A DNA stretch of 64,000 nt from Escherichia phage AV111. A program made the position numbers and the translations under genes. Of this stretch, positions 36,351 through 45,831 are shown one piece after another (position 1 is the first letter of the stretch; every line of letters begins with the position of its first letter). Where the stretch lies: sequence record OR352941.1, one strand, 5' to 3'. The notes below the pieces were generated by a model. The model was given only the letters and a program-made list of their open reading frames with translations. It searched no databases and was not told the origin of the DNA.

Positions 36351-36653
36351 TTAGATAGATGTAGGCTCTAATTTTATTTTCATGAACTCGGCAAATTGTC
36401 TGGCAGTTTTTATGCCTTGTTCATGACATTCAAATGCATCATCACAGGGACTATTTTTGTAATGCTTTGCCATATACTTATAGAATTTTTCAGAATTCTC
36501 GACATTTTGAATTTCAAACAAAGTATATACGTTTTTAATCCCTGATTCCATAAAGTTATCAAAATATGGGTCGATATGTGCAATACCAACGATAGGAGTT
36601 GTTGCTGCAAAAAACCCCAGCATCGCTATGACAGCTATCGCTCTTAAGGCCAT
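36351..36653 (-). CDS. secreted/periplasmic protein with signal peptide, 100 aa
   Basis: N-terminus MALRAIAVIAMLGFFAATTPIVGIAH. Confidence 0.55.
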   Translation of the reverse strand: MALRAIAVIAMLGFFAATTPIVGIAHIDPYFDNFMESGIKNVYTLFEIQNVENSEKFYKYMAKHYKNSPCDDAFECHEQGIKTARQFAEFMKIKLEPTSI

Positions 36654-36665
36654 ATAGGCCTCCTG

Positions 36666-36878
36666 TTAATTTTGGCCAGTATTTATTTTTCGCCTTTGGA
36701 CGGCCTTAACATCTGCGAGGTATTTTTCCAGCTTGCGCTTGCGTGTATAATCAGCTTTAGAACCAGTTTGACGGATATCCTCGTTTAAATGAGAAATAGA
36801 ATGTCCTAATTCTCTTCGGATTTCATCCAATTGGGTTACAGTAAGATTACGAAGTTGTCTTTCGTTTAATTGCTGCAT
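36666..36878 (-). CDS. hypothetical protein, 70 aa
   Basis: ORF track. Confidence 0.45.
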   Translation of the reverse strand: MQQLNERQLRNLTVTQLDEIRRELGHSISHLNEDIRQTGSKADYTRKRKLEKYLADVKAVQRRKINTGQN

Positions 36879-36905
36879 ATATACCTCTTGGTTAGATATT
36901 AGTAT

Positions 36906-37487
36906 TTATAACAACCCTGTCAAATCGTTCCAATGCTTCCGGCATAATGACACATATCTATCGGTATCACCAATTTCAATTTGACTGCCATCTGTAATTG
37001 GAAGTCCGTCTTCCGTGACTCTAGCTACCATTGTGGCCTTTTTACCACAATGACAGACACCTTTAAGTTCAACAAGCTTATCGGCAATAGCCATTAATGC
37101 TTGAGAACCTTCAAATAGATTACCTTTAAAATCTGTTCGTAGTCCATATGCCATTACCGGCACATTGTATACGTCAACAATACGACTAAGTTGATACACC
37201 TTTTCAGTAGTTAAGAACTGAGCTTCGTCAACAAATACGCAGTGAATATCCTTTTGTGCTGCAGCCCATTTATAGAATTCAAAGATATCCATGTCTTTTG
37301 TAATTATATTGGCGTCCTGACGAATACCAATACGAGAGACTATTTCACCTTTTGAATCGCGAGTATCAATAGCCGGTTTAAGAACTAATACACCCATGCC
37401 ACGTTCTTTATAGTTATGTGCGGCAGTAAGTAATGAAGCAGACTTACCAGCGTTCATAGCGGCATAGGTAAAAATTAAACTAGCCAT
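36906..37487 (-). CDS. tk: thymidine kinase
   Basis: 193 aa; AAMNAGKSASLL P-loop, CHCGKKATMVARV...CRKH zinc site; T4 Tk-like. Confidence 0.93.
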   Translation of the reverse strand: MASLIFTYAAMNAGKSASLLTAAHNYKERGMGVLVLKPAIDTRDSKGEIVSRIGIRQDANIITKDMDIFEFYKWAAAQKDIHCVFVDEAQFLTTEKVYQLSRIVDVYNVPVMAYGLRTDFKGNLFEGSQALMAIADKLVELKGVCHCGKKATMVARVTEDGLPITDGSQIEIGDTDRYVSLCRKHWNDLTGLL

Positions 37488-37496
37488 AAGAGTCCC

Positions 37497-37679
37497 TTAT
37501 AGTGAATTCACGTAGTCAATGAGTTCTTGTTCTTTCCTGTCAAATGATTCCAACAATGCTTGATATTCTTCGTCCGTCAAAGGAGCATATTCATCATACG
37601 CATTGGTGGCTGCTTGCTCATCCAATAGGTCATGGATAAGTTCAAACAGTTTAGTTTTCTCTTCTTTAGTCAATTTCAT
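37497..37679 (-). CDS. hypothetical protein, 60 aa
   Basis: ORF track. Confidence 0.4.
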   Translation of the reverse strand: MKLTKEEKTKLFELIHDLLDEQAATNAYDEYAPLTDEEYQALLESFDRKEQELIDYVNSL

Positions 37680-37903
37680 TTAGGTTCACCTTCTTTAACG
37701 AAATCTGGGTAAGGGTAAAATCCTGAGTAAAACCCTTCACCTTTATGATTGCTACAACCTTTGTTCGAACAGTAACACCAATAATCAAAATCACAAGCCA
37801 TTTCGTCATTGCATAAAGCAAAAACTACAGGCCATTCGCATTTTTCGCATTTAGCACCTGTAAGAATTTTTGTTTGACTCATAGCCATGTCACCTTTAAG
37901 CAA
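37676..37903 (-). CDS. cysteine-rich small protein, 75 aa
   Basis: ORF track; CEKCEW...CYCSNKGC. Confidence 0.45.
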   Translation of the reverse strand: MLKGDMAMSQTKILTGAKCEKCEWPVVFALCNDEMACDFDYWCYCSNKGCSNHKGEGFYSGFYPYPDFVKEGEPK

Positions 37904-38106
37904 TATTCTTCTACATGTTGTTTACGGCCTTTCTTATCAATAAAGGTATATTCAACGAATGTTCCGATGTAGTCTTTATCTACATCATGTGGACTATTAA
38001 TTGGACATTTAGTACGACAAATGCGTTCCCATTGACGAATAATTACTGCCTTATTCTTTGGATCATATGGATGTGGATAATGTATATTCATAATAACGGT
38101 TCCCAA
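37879..38106 (-). CDS. hypothetical protein, 75 aa
   Basis: ORF track. Confidence 0.4.
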   Translation of the reverse strand: MGTVIMNIHYPHPYDPKNKAVIIRQWERICRTKCPINSPHDVDKDYIGTFVEYTFIDKKGRKQHVEEYCLKVTWL

Positions 38107-38585
38107 TCAACAATCACAATTTCTAGTTTAGTGGAATACGTATCTAAAATCTCTTCGATGACATCCCAGTTTCCACCGCCAATACCTGCACCAATTCTTG
38201 GCATATAAATTACAGGCTTTGTTATCTTATTCTTTCCAAATTCATTTAATTCTATTATACAATTCATTAAAGCAGAGTACTCAAAATTAGGTCCCGGCTC
38301 AAACTGTGTATAAAGATTAAAGCAATAAGCTTTATGGGTCTTAAAATATTTTTCATAAACCGAATAAGTCCCGAGTTTAGACTTGTCTCCGAATTCGGTT
38401 TGAAGTTTATCGGCTTCTAAAATTTTTGGATAAGCCTTTGCTAATTGGCCTGCTACACCGGCGCCCATTGTATGAAAACAATTACACCCATGAGCAATAT
38501 TATTACCTTTAGAAAACAGGGCGACAATATCGCCCTTGATATAGTTTTTAATCACTTGCTGCAAGTCCTCTATTATAAGAGTCAA
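38088..38585 (-). CDS. macro-domain-like protein (ADP-ribose binding/processing fold), 165 aa
   Basis: GNNIAHGCNCFHTMGAGVAGQLAKAYP and IGAGIGGGNWDVI resemble macro-domain glycine-rich loops; by-eye call. Confidence 0.45.
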   Translation of the reverse strand: MTLIIEDLQQVIKNYIKGDIVALFSKGNNIAHGCNCFHTMGAGVAGQLAKAYPKILEADKLQTEFGDKSKLGTYSVYEKYFKTHKAYCFNLYTQFEPGPNFEYSALMNCIIELNEFGKNKITKPVIYMPRIGAGIGGGNWDVIEEILDTYSTKLEIVIVDWEPLL

Positions 38586-38895
38586 CTAGACGGTCCACCA
38601 TAGAATTGCATGCTGCCTTATCTTTAGGTTCCGCCACCGAGCATTCTAATATTTGCCATTTTTTATAGTATCTTTTAATTAAGGTAGACGCCTTGAACCT
38701 ACTAGACGCCCCATCTTTTTCTCCGTCTTTATACGCGTATAACAATTTTTGTGAAAAATCTACTTTACACTCTTGACTTTTACCACAATAATCAGACGCC
38801 GTTCTGTTTGTATACTCCGTTACATCAGTATATGTAGTATTAGCAAGAGCGTTAAATGAAACCAAGCTAACTATTAAAGCCAACATTTTGGTCAT
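38548..38895 (-). CDS. secreted protein with signal peptide, ~112 aa
   Basis: MLALIVSLVSFNALANT signal-like N-terminus, several Cys. Confidence 0.5.
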   Translation of the reverse strand: MTKMLALIVSLVSFNALANTTYTDVTEYTNRTASDYCGKSQECKVDFSQKLLYAYKDGEKDGASSRFKASTLIKRYYKKWQILECSVAEPKDKAACNSMVDRLVDSYNRGLAASD

Positions 38896-39434
38896 TCTTT
38901 TATTTCCAGTAGTTTATTTGATTTAAGGTAATTAGCCTTTTCTAGGACTTCAGAAGCATATTTACTTCCGGCACTTGTCTTCCATCCCGCATTATATGAG
39001 GATATAGCTTTTCTTATATCCCCGTTATGTATATTTAACCAATAAGAAAATTCGATATAAGCCCATCTGGCTGAATTAGACCGCTTAGATAGCATTTTCT
39101 TAATTTGGGCATCAGTCATATTATAACCAAGCTGGTTAATTCTTGCCCTCATTGTCGGTAGATAATTTTGGAACATTCCATACGCATGGTGACCTTTCTT
39201 ATCTTTAAGATTAATACCGGCAGATGATTCCTGCCATAGTATTGCGGCCATTATGTATCCAAGTCCTTTCTTATGCATATTTTCATGCGTTTTAAATTTT
39301 CCATCCTTAGAAAACTGTTCCCCAAACTGATAAGCATAATTCAAGTTATCGAGTTGGACATTACTAAAAGTATGCTCGGAGCTATGTGCTGATAATGAAA
39401 GAGCAAATAGACCAGCGAGTAGTGCTTTTCTCAT
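38892..39434 (-). CDS. secreted soluble lytic transglycosylase-like protein (SLT domain) with signal peptide, 180 aa
   Basis: Signal MRKALLAGLFALSLSAHS; AILWQESSAG ... GMFQ ... YNAG resemble SLT catalytic-Glu, GLMQ and YNAG motifs. Confidence 0.55.
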   Translation of the reverse strand: MRKALLAGLFALSLSAHSSEHTFSNVQLDNLNYAYQFGEQFSKDGKFKTHENMHKKGLGYIMAAILWQESSAGINLKDKKGHHAYGMFQNYLPTMRARINQLGYNMTDAQIKKMLSKRSNSARWAYIEFSYWLNIHNGDIRKAISSYNAGWKTSAGSKYASEVLEKANYLKSNKLLEIKE

Positions 39435-39442
39435 GTTTACCT

Positions 39443-39901
39443 CTAGATTTTAATCACTGCTTTAGAAGCTTTTCCTGGTAGTCGTTTACTGTTAATAATA
39501 GCCATTCTGCATTGAAGAGTCTTCATTTTGAATGCTGGATTTTCGCGACAAACTGTAAGTCCTAACCAAAGATTTCCGTCAGTTATTTCTAAACGGCCTG
39601 GGCGATATTCGACACCTTCGACAAAATCTTCATCAACATCTGGACGGGCCGGCATTGATAAAAATTCTGCAACTTCTTTAACATGATTTTTTACTTTACG
39701 AAATAATTCAAAAACGTAATTCTCATCTATTTCTCTCTGGATGGCACGATCTAAGAGATGTTGAGAATACTTGATATGAAAGCCCGGTAGTCCAAGAGAC
39801 TTTGCAGCATCTTTTATACCGGCATTTATTTTGCGGAACTCCGTTTCAAAGATTCGACGGAGTTTATTACGGCGGATAAAAACGTCTGAATTGATAGTCA
39901 T
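39443..39901 (-). CDS. regB: RegB site-specific endoribonuclease
   Basis: 152 aa; MTINSDVFIRRNKLRR...YSQHLLDRAIQREIDE...RLPGKASKAVIK matches T4 RegB. Confidence 0.93.
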   Translation of the reverse strand: MTINSDVFIRRNKLRRIFETEFRKINAGIKDAAKSLGLPGFHIKYSQHLLDRAIQREIDENYVFELFRKVKNHVKEVAEFLSMPARPDVDEDFVEGVEYRPGRLEITDGNLWLGLTVCRENPAFKMKTLQCRMAIINSKRLPGKASKAVIKI

Positions 39902-39929
39902 TTTGATTTCTCCTCTAGTTGACAGGTCT

Positions 39930-39958
39930 ATAGTAACACAACTAGAGGAGAAGTAAAC
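39930..39958 (-). promoter_or_regulatory. early promoter (-35 GTTTAC, -10 TACTAT) inside inverted repeat
   Basis: rc GTTTACTTCTCCTCTAGTTGTGTTACTAT upstream of regB. Confidence 0.55.
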
Positions 39959-39962
39959 TACT

Positions 39963-40178
39963 TTATTGATAAAATGGAGTTAAAGCCCAAGATTCTTTAG
40001 ATACCATATTGGCGAAATGCCTCATCTCTTCGATTTGGCGTCGACGCTGGTCAGCATAGTCTTCTTCGCCTTCTTCCTTACAATCTTCAAGGTCTTCTTC
40101 AAGATACTTTAAGTATTCACTACAAATTTTGTTGACCTTTTCTTGAAAGTCCAATAACCCAGTAATAGTAGAAGCCAT
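39963..40178 (-). CDS. hypothetical acidic protein, 71 aa
   Basis: ORF track. Confidence 0.45.
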   Translation of the reverse strand: MASTITGLLDFQEKVNKICSEYLKYLEEDLEDCKEEGEEDYADQRRRQIEEMRHFANMVSKESWALTPFYQ

Positions 40179-40441
40179 TAGTATTTTTCCTCAGGTCGAA
40201 ATACTGCACGACATGCCCACATGCTGGCTTCTTTTAGATGTTGCTTAGCATACTTAAGAGCCTGCACTGCATCCATATCTTCTTTGGTTTGTTGCTCTGT
40301 TTCATTTTCTTTCAAGATATATGCTTCTTCAATCAGAGCATCAAACATCAATCCAAGACGGACTTCTGCATCTTTAATAGCGTTCACTTTACCGATTTTA
40401 TCGTCGGTATGTGGCTTGTAGCCTTTGATGTCTTCAATCAT
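40178..40441 (-). CDS. hypothetical protein, 87 aa
   Basis: ORF track. Confidence 0.45.
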   Translation of the reverse strand: MIEDIKGYKPHTDDKIGKVNAIKDAEVRLGLMFDALIEEAYILKENETEQQTKEDMDAVQALKYAKQHLKEASMWACRAVFRPEEKY

Positions 40442-40671
40442 TTCACTTCCTCGCCGGTTGCGATATCATATTCTACCAAACTAAGTCCGTCGGTCCAACC
40501 CTGAACGGAGATATAAGTGCTAGGATAAACCAGTTCTTTACCGTTCCACTGACCACCGTCCCAACATTCCATAAAGTCCTGTTCGCCTTGACCGTGGAAC
40601 CAGTCAACAAACATCTTCAGAGCTTCTTCAGAACCTTCAATAGTCAATTTAGACATATTTTTTCCAGTCAC
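40438..40671 (-). CDS. hypothetical protein, 77 aa
   Basis: ORF track. Confidence 0.45.
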   Translation of the reverse strand: MTGKNMSKLTIEGSEEALKMFVDWFHGQGEQDFMECWDGGQWNGKELVYPSTYISVQGWTDGLSLVEYDIATGEEVK

Positions 40672-40945
40672 TAATTAATCGCACATCCTGGTCATATGTC
40701 AGGAGGCTACGAGTTATAATACCCTTACATGGTCCAGAAATAAATTCCAAAGTAAAGTAAGGAACCAACTTCATCAAGCGAATACTCGGAGCAGTGCAAC
40801 GAAATCTGGACCCAATAAAAGGTCCAGACAAAAACACGTACTCAAAGAAATTTGCTTTATTAAAGATTTCAAAATTCTTTACGAAATCTTCAGACCTAAC
40901 CTTTGGAATAAAATAGATTTGGTCAAAAAGCTCTTCATGAGTCAT
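40649..40945 (-). CDS. hypothetical protein, 98 aa
   Basis: ORF track. Confidence 0.45.
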   Translation of the reverse strand: MTHEELFDQIYFIPKVRSEDFVKNFEIFNKANFFEYVFLSGPFIGSRFRCTAPSIRLMKLVPYFTLEFISGPCKGIITRSLLTYDQDVRLISDWKKYV

Positions 40946-41526
40946 TATTGCATTCCAATCACAAAAAATTGAGGACGAACTGTTCCACCCGTTTTAAAAC
41001 AATGAGCATGACAGCAGTGTTGTACAGTTTTCATATGGATATCGTAAATCTTGTCCATATCAGGAGCTTTAATAGGTTCATCAATTATATACAATACGCG
41101 TGAAAGCGCAAGGCCACGGAATTTAGAACCTTCATTACCGATAAAGCTACGTAATGAATCATGGAAAAGCTGGTAACGAATATCTTCCGCGCTAAAACGA
41201 ATAAAATCATTTTTGATAGAATCGGATGAAATTCTTGCATAAGCAGAGGTATTAGACAGGACAATTACTGTACCTCCGTCATAAATCCAGTTAGCGGCAA
41301 AATTAGTTACTGCAGTAGATTTACCTGATTGTCGCCCGCCATCCATACGGAGTGTGCAGTATTCTTTGAGCAAGACTTCCATTGGAGGAATATAACAATC
41401 GGTCTTACAAAGTTCTTCTATTCGAGCATCAGAATGGTGGGTAAAAGCATTCATCAGGGATAGATAAGGTCCAGTTAAAAATGTTCTCATATTATTTCTC
41501 TTAAGGTTTGGGCCATTCCGTGGCAC
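40945..41526 (-). CDS. P-loop-containing hypothetical protein, 193 aa
   Basis: GGRQSGKST Walker-A-like motif. Confidence 0.5.
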   Translation of the reverse strand: MPRNGPNLKRNNMRTFLTGPYLSLMNAFTHHSDARIEELCKTDCYIPPMEVLLKEYCTLRMDGGRQSGKSTAVTNFAANWIYDGGTVIVLSNTSAYARISSDSIKNDFIRFSAEDIRYQLFHDSLRSFIGNEGSKFRGLALSRVLYIIDEPIKAPDMDKIYDIHMKTVQHCCHAHCFKTGGTVRPQFFVIGMQ

Positions 41527-41662
41527 ATGTTAGGTCCTTCGACTCGCTATGTAAACCCATTACCGCATTGCGCTCGACCTTATTACAGGTTGGAAAAGGT
41601 ACATCACTCAGAGGACTCGACGTTCATAAGGAGAGGTTGCGTTTCCCTTTATTAGGCAAGAA

Positions 41663-41992
41663 TTATACTCGAGGCTTTTGAGCTTGTTTGGTATTGGATT
41701 CCCATGCAGCTTTGGTAATTTTGTTAGCGGCATAACCAAAGGCATTAGATAGAACACCTTTAGAGTTGAATACATCCAATCCAATAAGTACACCGGCTGC
41801 GTTAAATTTAGGAGCAAAGTATGCATTAGTTTTAGAAAGAGCTTTTTTCAATTCAGGGTCTTGAACCAAACCATCAAAAACGCCTTTACTATTTACTTTA
41901 TATGTTACTTTGGGATTTTTACCTTCTTCGATAGCAGCTTTCTGTTCCGCAGATAATGTAACTTCAGTGATAAACTCTTGATACGTTTTCAT
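41663..41992 (-). CDS. internal head protein with capsid-targeting leader (MKTYQEFITEV)
   Basis: N-terminal CTS consensus shared with T4 IPI/IPII/IPIII. Confidence 0.7.
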   Translation of the reverse strand: MKTYQEFITEVTLSAEQKAAIEEGKNPKVTYKVNSKGVFDGLVQDPELKKALSKTNAYFAPKFNAAGVLIGLDVFNSKGVLSNAFGYAANKITKAAWESNTKQAQKPRV

Positions 41993-42055
41993 TTTTGTTT
42001 CCTTGTTTATTTTGATAGAGTAATTATACCATATTAATACTTAAGCGTAAACAAT

Positions 42056-42316
42056 TTAAGCTTTACCGCCAGAAATAATTCCGAAGTTGTTAAAATCGTA
42101 TCCAATATCGTCAACATCTACTTTAGGGCTTGCTACAACATAAGCAATTTCACTACGTTTTGCATAGGTGTTGATTTCTTTACCATCGCCACCTAAGAAA
42201 GAATACCCATTACGTTTTAATGAGCCAAAGTCTTCCGCATCACCAATGAAAGCTTTAACTTTAAATTTAGGACCTTTGGCATCTGCTTCAATGATAAATT
42301 CTTGATACATTTTCAT
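42056..42316 (-). CDS. internal head protein with capsid-targeting leader (MKMYQEFIIEA)
   Basis: CTS-like N-terminus. Confidence 0.7.
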   Translation of the reverse strand: MKMYQEFIIEADAKGPKFKVKAFIGDAEDFGSLKRNGYSFLGGDGKEINTYAKRSEIAYVVASPKVDVDDIGYDFNNFGIISGGKA

Positions 42317-42322
42317 TTTTCC

Positions 42323-42736
42323 TTAGTAAATTGATTTGCCATAATATTTATACCAAGACGGCCGTTGAGCAATTTTTTCATCTAAGCGTGCTTGACTTAT
42401 CGCAATGGACGCTTCGGACGGGTCATAATTATTACGAAATTCGGCAGGGATGTCGGAAATATCCTGGACTGTCGTGTCCTTGATTTTGAAACCACGTTTC
42501 AAGCATTCAGCGATTAGCTCGATTTGACGTAAACGTAAAAATTCGAGTTTGTCGTAAAAGAATGTTACGTGACCTGTGCCTAAGATAAATGTTGGAGAGA
42601 TTTTAAAATCCTTTACACGTTTACCGTTTTGAACATGTTTACGGACTGCACCAAATACGCGTGGTAATTCACGATACTCAGCCATAAGATGTTGGTCGGA
42701 CAGTTCAGAAACAAGTGTTAAATTGATACGAGTCAT
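42323..42736 (-). CDS. denV: endonuclease V (pyrimidine-dimer DNA glycosylase) DenV
   Basis: [35 protein letters not shown]... matches T4 DenV; start taken at MTRINL. Confidence 0.93.
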   Translation of the reverse strand: MTRINLTLVSELSDQHLMAEYRELPRVFGAVRKHVQNGKRVKDFKISPTFILGTGHVTFFYDKLEFLRLRQIELIAECLKRGFKIKDTTVQDISDIPAEFRNNYDPSEASIAISQARLDEKIAQRPSWYKYYGKSIY

Positions 42737-42763
42737 AATTTCCTCCAAGTAGTTGATGAATGT

Positions 42764-42793
42764 ATAGTATCAAAACCCTTGGAGGAAGTAAAC
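42764..42793 (-). promoter_or_regulatory. early promoter (-35 GTTTAC, -10 TACTAT) inside inverted repeat
   Basis: rc GTTTACTTCCTCCAAGGGTTTTGATACTAT upstream of denV. Confidence 0.55.
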
Positions 42794-42794
42794 A

Positions 42795-43076
42795 CTATTT
42801 TTCTGAAGCGCCTGAAATATATTTTTCAAGACGTTGTTTCATTAGCGAGCCGTTCTTAGCGATTTCTTCCGGTTTATCGCACATACGTAACAAGGCTTCA
42901 AGCTTAGCGATATCGCTGGTACGTTCAAATTTGCGAGTATCTATCTTACTAGCAAGTTCAGAAATACGTGCTAATAGACTTTCGGCTTCAACCAAAGCTG
43001 CACCTAGCTTAGTTGCAAATGTGTCAGTAGCTTCGTTAAGAATAGATTCTGATAAAAATTCACTATATGTTTTCAT
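42795..43076 (-). CDS. internal head protein with capsid-targeting leader ([10 protein letters not shown])
   Basis: CTS-like N-terminus from internal Met; abuts lysozyme stop. Confidence 0.65.
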   Translation of the reverse strand: MKTYSEFLSESILNEATDTFATKLGAALVEAESLLARISELASKIDTRKFERTSDIAKLEALLRMCDKPEEIAKNGSLMKQRLEKYISGASEK

Positions 43077-43561
43077 ATATACGCTTTCCAAGTTCCTGTT
43101 TTAAATGTTGAGATTACGCGTTTCGCGCGATTAGGTGTCTGACGATACCATTTAGATTGGGCTAGATTTACTGCCGCTTCATCCCAACGTTTCTGTTGAA
43201 GCATACGAAGAGAATTAGTAAAACCGGCGACGCCTGATATACCCATTTGGAAGACCATATTGACCAATGCACACCGACGAACCGCATCTAAAGAATCATA
43301 TACCGGTTTAAGTTTAGCATTACCCAAGATTCCGCGAACGGCTTTATCAACGTCTTCATTAAATAGCTTTTCAGCCTCATCAAGGGTAATTGTACCGTTG
43401 CATTTACGTCCGATCATTCTGTCAAGTTCAGCTTTAGCTACGGCTAAAGACGGATTCTTTGTTACTAAATGGCCAATGCCAATAGTCCAAAAGCCTTCGG
43501 TGTCTTTGTATAAAATCAGTCTAAGACCTTCGTCATTACGAAGCATTTCAAATATATTCAT
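43073..43561 (-). CDS. e: lysozyme (endolysin) e
   Basis: [31 protein letters not shown]... roughly 80% identical to T4 lysozyme; catalytic E11/D20/T26 present. Confidence 0.95.
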   Translation of the reverse strand: MNIFEMLRNDEGLRLILYKDTEGFWTIGIGHLVTKNPSLAVAKAELDRMIGRKCNGTITLDEAEKLFNEDVDKAVRGILGNAKLKPVYDSLDAVRRCALVNMVFQMGISGVAGFTNSLRMLQQKRWDEAAVNLAQSKWYRQTPNRAKRVISTFKTGTWKAYI

Positions 43562-43595
43562 AATACCTCCCACGTTTATAGGAGGTATTTATTAC

Positions 43596-44054
43596 TTATA
43601 GGAGTGTAGTGAGCACCTTATATAATGATTTGCCCATTACATATTCCCATTGAGAAGGTTTAATTAAAGCGAATGCATCAAATTCAGGAATCTGTCGTCC
43701 GTCTGGGAATGTATGATAGGAATTACAAACACTGTTTCTGAATTGCTCGTGCTCTACAGGGATGGTATATAGGAACAGATGAATATTCTTATTGTCTGAG
43801 TAATGATGTTCACCTAGGTCTTTCAGGAAGGCAGGGTCATATTGTGTAAACCCGGTTTCTTCTTCGCATTCACGAATAGCGGCTTCAATAGGAGATTCGC
43901 CAGGTTCGACACGGCCTTTAGGAATATCCCACCGATGAGCTAAAGAACCTTTAGGACGAGAACCAGTTACACGCCCCATGAATAATTCTTTATCTTCGGT
44001 AAGGAAAATAATACCGGCTGATAGTTCTTTCACTTTATTTTTCTTACTCATCAT
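43596..44054 (-). CDS. nudE: Nudix hydrolase NudE
   Basis: Nudix box GRVEPGESPIEAAIRECEEETG. Confidence 0.85.
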   Translation of the reverse strand: MMSKKNKVKELSAGIIFLTEDKELFMGRVTGSRPKGSLAHRWDIPKGRVEPGESPIEAAIRECEEETGFTQYDPAFLKDLGEHHYSDNKNIHLFLYTIPVEHEQFRNSVCNSYHTFPDGRQIPEFDAFALIKPSQWEYVMGKSLYKVLTTLL

Positions 44055-44280
44055 CTCGGTCCCATGATTTGGCCATTAATTCGGACATAAATTCTTCAAT
44101 GCGCGTTTCTTTAGATGGACTTTCACTATTAGAGACCGCAAGTTTGTAATCTGCAATAGGACAGAACATATCAAGGTCCATATTAAGGTCGTCTTTGATT
44201 TTTTCTTCTGACACATCTTTATCGTATGTGTACAGATAACTATCACATGATTCTGATTTAATGTAAATTGCTATACTCAT
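44044..44280 (-). CDS. hypothetical acidic protein (~78 aa)
   Basis: ORF track 44044..44295; internal Met start avoids overlap. Confidence 0.4.
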   Translation of the reverse strand: MSIAIYIKSESCDSYLYTYDKDVSEEKIKDDLNMDLDMFCPIADYKLAVSNSESPSKETRIEEFMSELMAKSWDRDDE

Positions 44281-44768
44281 CTCAAATTCCTGCATTCGGT
44301 AATAAAACGTTCAACTTCATTATTCTTGGCCTTTATCTTGTCTTTACGTTCCTGTAAACTACTTTTAACAAGATTAATAATGATGCCTACAGTACCGCCG
44401 CCAATGATGCCACCAACAACACTTATGATAATAGATGCTAATAAGATAGCAATAATATCAACAAAACCGAAAGAACTCACCTTAGTACTAAAAAACCATA
44501 CCGATGGTACAAATATAATCCATCCTGCTATCCATTGGCACTTATTGAAAAACTTTTCAAGATCAGCTTGAGTTGTTCGTATTACTTCATCGATAGGTTG
44601 ATAACCGTTAATGTATCTGTTCACGATAATACCTGCTGGCTGGTCGATTTTAAATTCTTGGCAAATACGTTTAACTAAGTAGGATGGACATCCTGTCCAA
44701 TCTACTGAATAGTATGAAATACCTTCGTTGCCATCGTCTATATTAGACCAATATGTTTTGTTAATCAT
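44277..44768 (-). CDS. membrane protein, 163 aa
   Basis: ORF track; two TM helices and glycine-zipper region. Confidence 0.5.
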   Translation of the reverse strand: MINKTYWSNIDDGNEGISYYSVDWTGCPSYLVKRICQEFKIDQPAGIIVNRYINGYQPIDEVIRTTQADLEKFFNKCQWIAGWIIFVPSVWFFSTKVSSFGFVDIIAILLASIIISVVGGIIGGGTVGIIINLVKSSLQERKDKIKAKNNEVERFITECRNLR

Positions 44769-45454
44769 TACCAGCCTTCCATAGGGAATTCCAGATAAAC
44801 TTGAGCGTTGACACGAATTTCATTGGTAATCTTTTTAACTCGGTCTGTATTACGAGATACACGTCCGAACCAACGCCATCCATTACTAATTGCACGAGAA
44901 CCAGTGTGCCATGTTTGCCAATCAAACTGAAGAAGAGTACGGTCTGGAGCTTCCCATTTCTCTAGTTCACCTTTTTCAATTTTTTCGAGGACTTCTTTGT
45001 GCCACTGGCGATAGATAAGTTCACCATCAGGAATCTGACTGAACTCTGCAGTTCCTGTTGCAAAATGAGTAGGACACACATCAGCGTTAACAAGACCAAG
45101 AATATGTTCAGATAAATAGCGAGGATTGTCATAATCAGGTTGTCCTGCAGTAATAAAGTGTTGACCAACTGGAATATCAGGGCGTGGTACGTCATCATGG
45201 TGATAACCTGGGATAGCAGGGTACCAACCGGGCATCAGCATATGAACCCGAGAATCAAATACAACATGTTGATTAGTCCAATCAATTGGGAGATTGGCAA
45301 TAAAGCTACGAGTGATTGAGCCACCATTATCCCAAGCAAAACCCAAATCACAATTAAAGAACATTGGTTCATTTTTGATTCGGTCATTTTGTACGTTATG
45401 TGCAAAACTACCAACTGCACGAGCTTGACTATTAAACACTTTAGAACTATTCAT
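44768..45454 (-). CDS. hypothetical protein, 228 aa
   Basis: ORF track. Confidence 0.55.
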   Translation of the reverse strand: MNSSKVFNSQARAVGSFAHNVQNDRIKNEPMFFNCDLGFAWDNGGSITRSFIANLPIDWTNQHVVFDSRVHMLMPGWYPAIPGYHHDDVPRPDIPVGQHFITAGQPDYDNPRYLSEHILGLVNADVCPTHFATGTAEFSQIPDGELIYRQWHKEVLEKIEKGELEKWEAPDRTLLQFDWQTWHTGSRAISNGWRWFGRVSRNTDRVKKITNEIRVNAQVYLEFPMEGW

Positions 45455-45455
45455 A

Positions 45456-45761
45456 TTATTTTCCTCGACATTCTTTAATGAAATTTTCTAGATTGGTAGA
45501 TTCAATAGCTTTTTTACGAGCTTCTGCGTGTTCTTCTTCAGACAATTTACATTTATAATTGACCCAGACGTTATGGTCGAAACTAGTCGTGGCATATAAT
45601 AACAATGCTCCAACGAATAGCAAAAACGGCGATAAGAATACAAAACCAGGAACACCATCCATACTGTAAGCCTTTTGTAATACTGCAACAGAAAGAGTTG
45701 CGTAAAAAGGTGATGCAAGTATTGTTAAAAGACCAATTCGATTGGTTTCTGTTAATTTCAT
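45456..45761 (-). CDS. membrane protein, 101 aa
   Basis: ORF track. Confidence 0.5.
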   Translation of the reverse strand: MKLTETNRIGLLTILASPFYATLSVAVLQKAYSMDGVPGFVFLSPFLLFVGALLLYATTSFDHNVWVNYKCKLSEEEHAEARKKAIESTNLENFIKECRGK

Positions 45762-45789
45762 AATATTCTCCTCATGTTTTAATAGGACT

Positions 45790-45819
45790 ACTATAACATA
45801 GTCCTATAATTGTGTAAAC
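45790..45819 (-). promoter_or_regulatory. early promoter copy (GTTTAC-18-TATAGT) in palindrome ATAGGACTA...TAGTCCTAT
   Basis: Repeat family with 35824, 47085, 54505. Confidence 0.6.
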
Positions 45820-45831
45820 AGTTTTGTGAAG

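Noticed and set aside
41527-41662. Possible promoter or ncRNA in the 136-bp gap before the first internal-protein gene
   Set aside because: Contains GTAAAC- and TATACT-like hexamers but not in a convincing -35/-10 arrangement on either strand; no clear structure.
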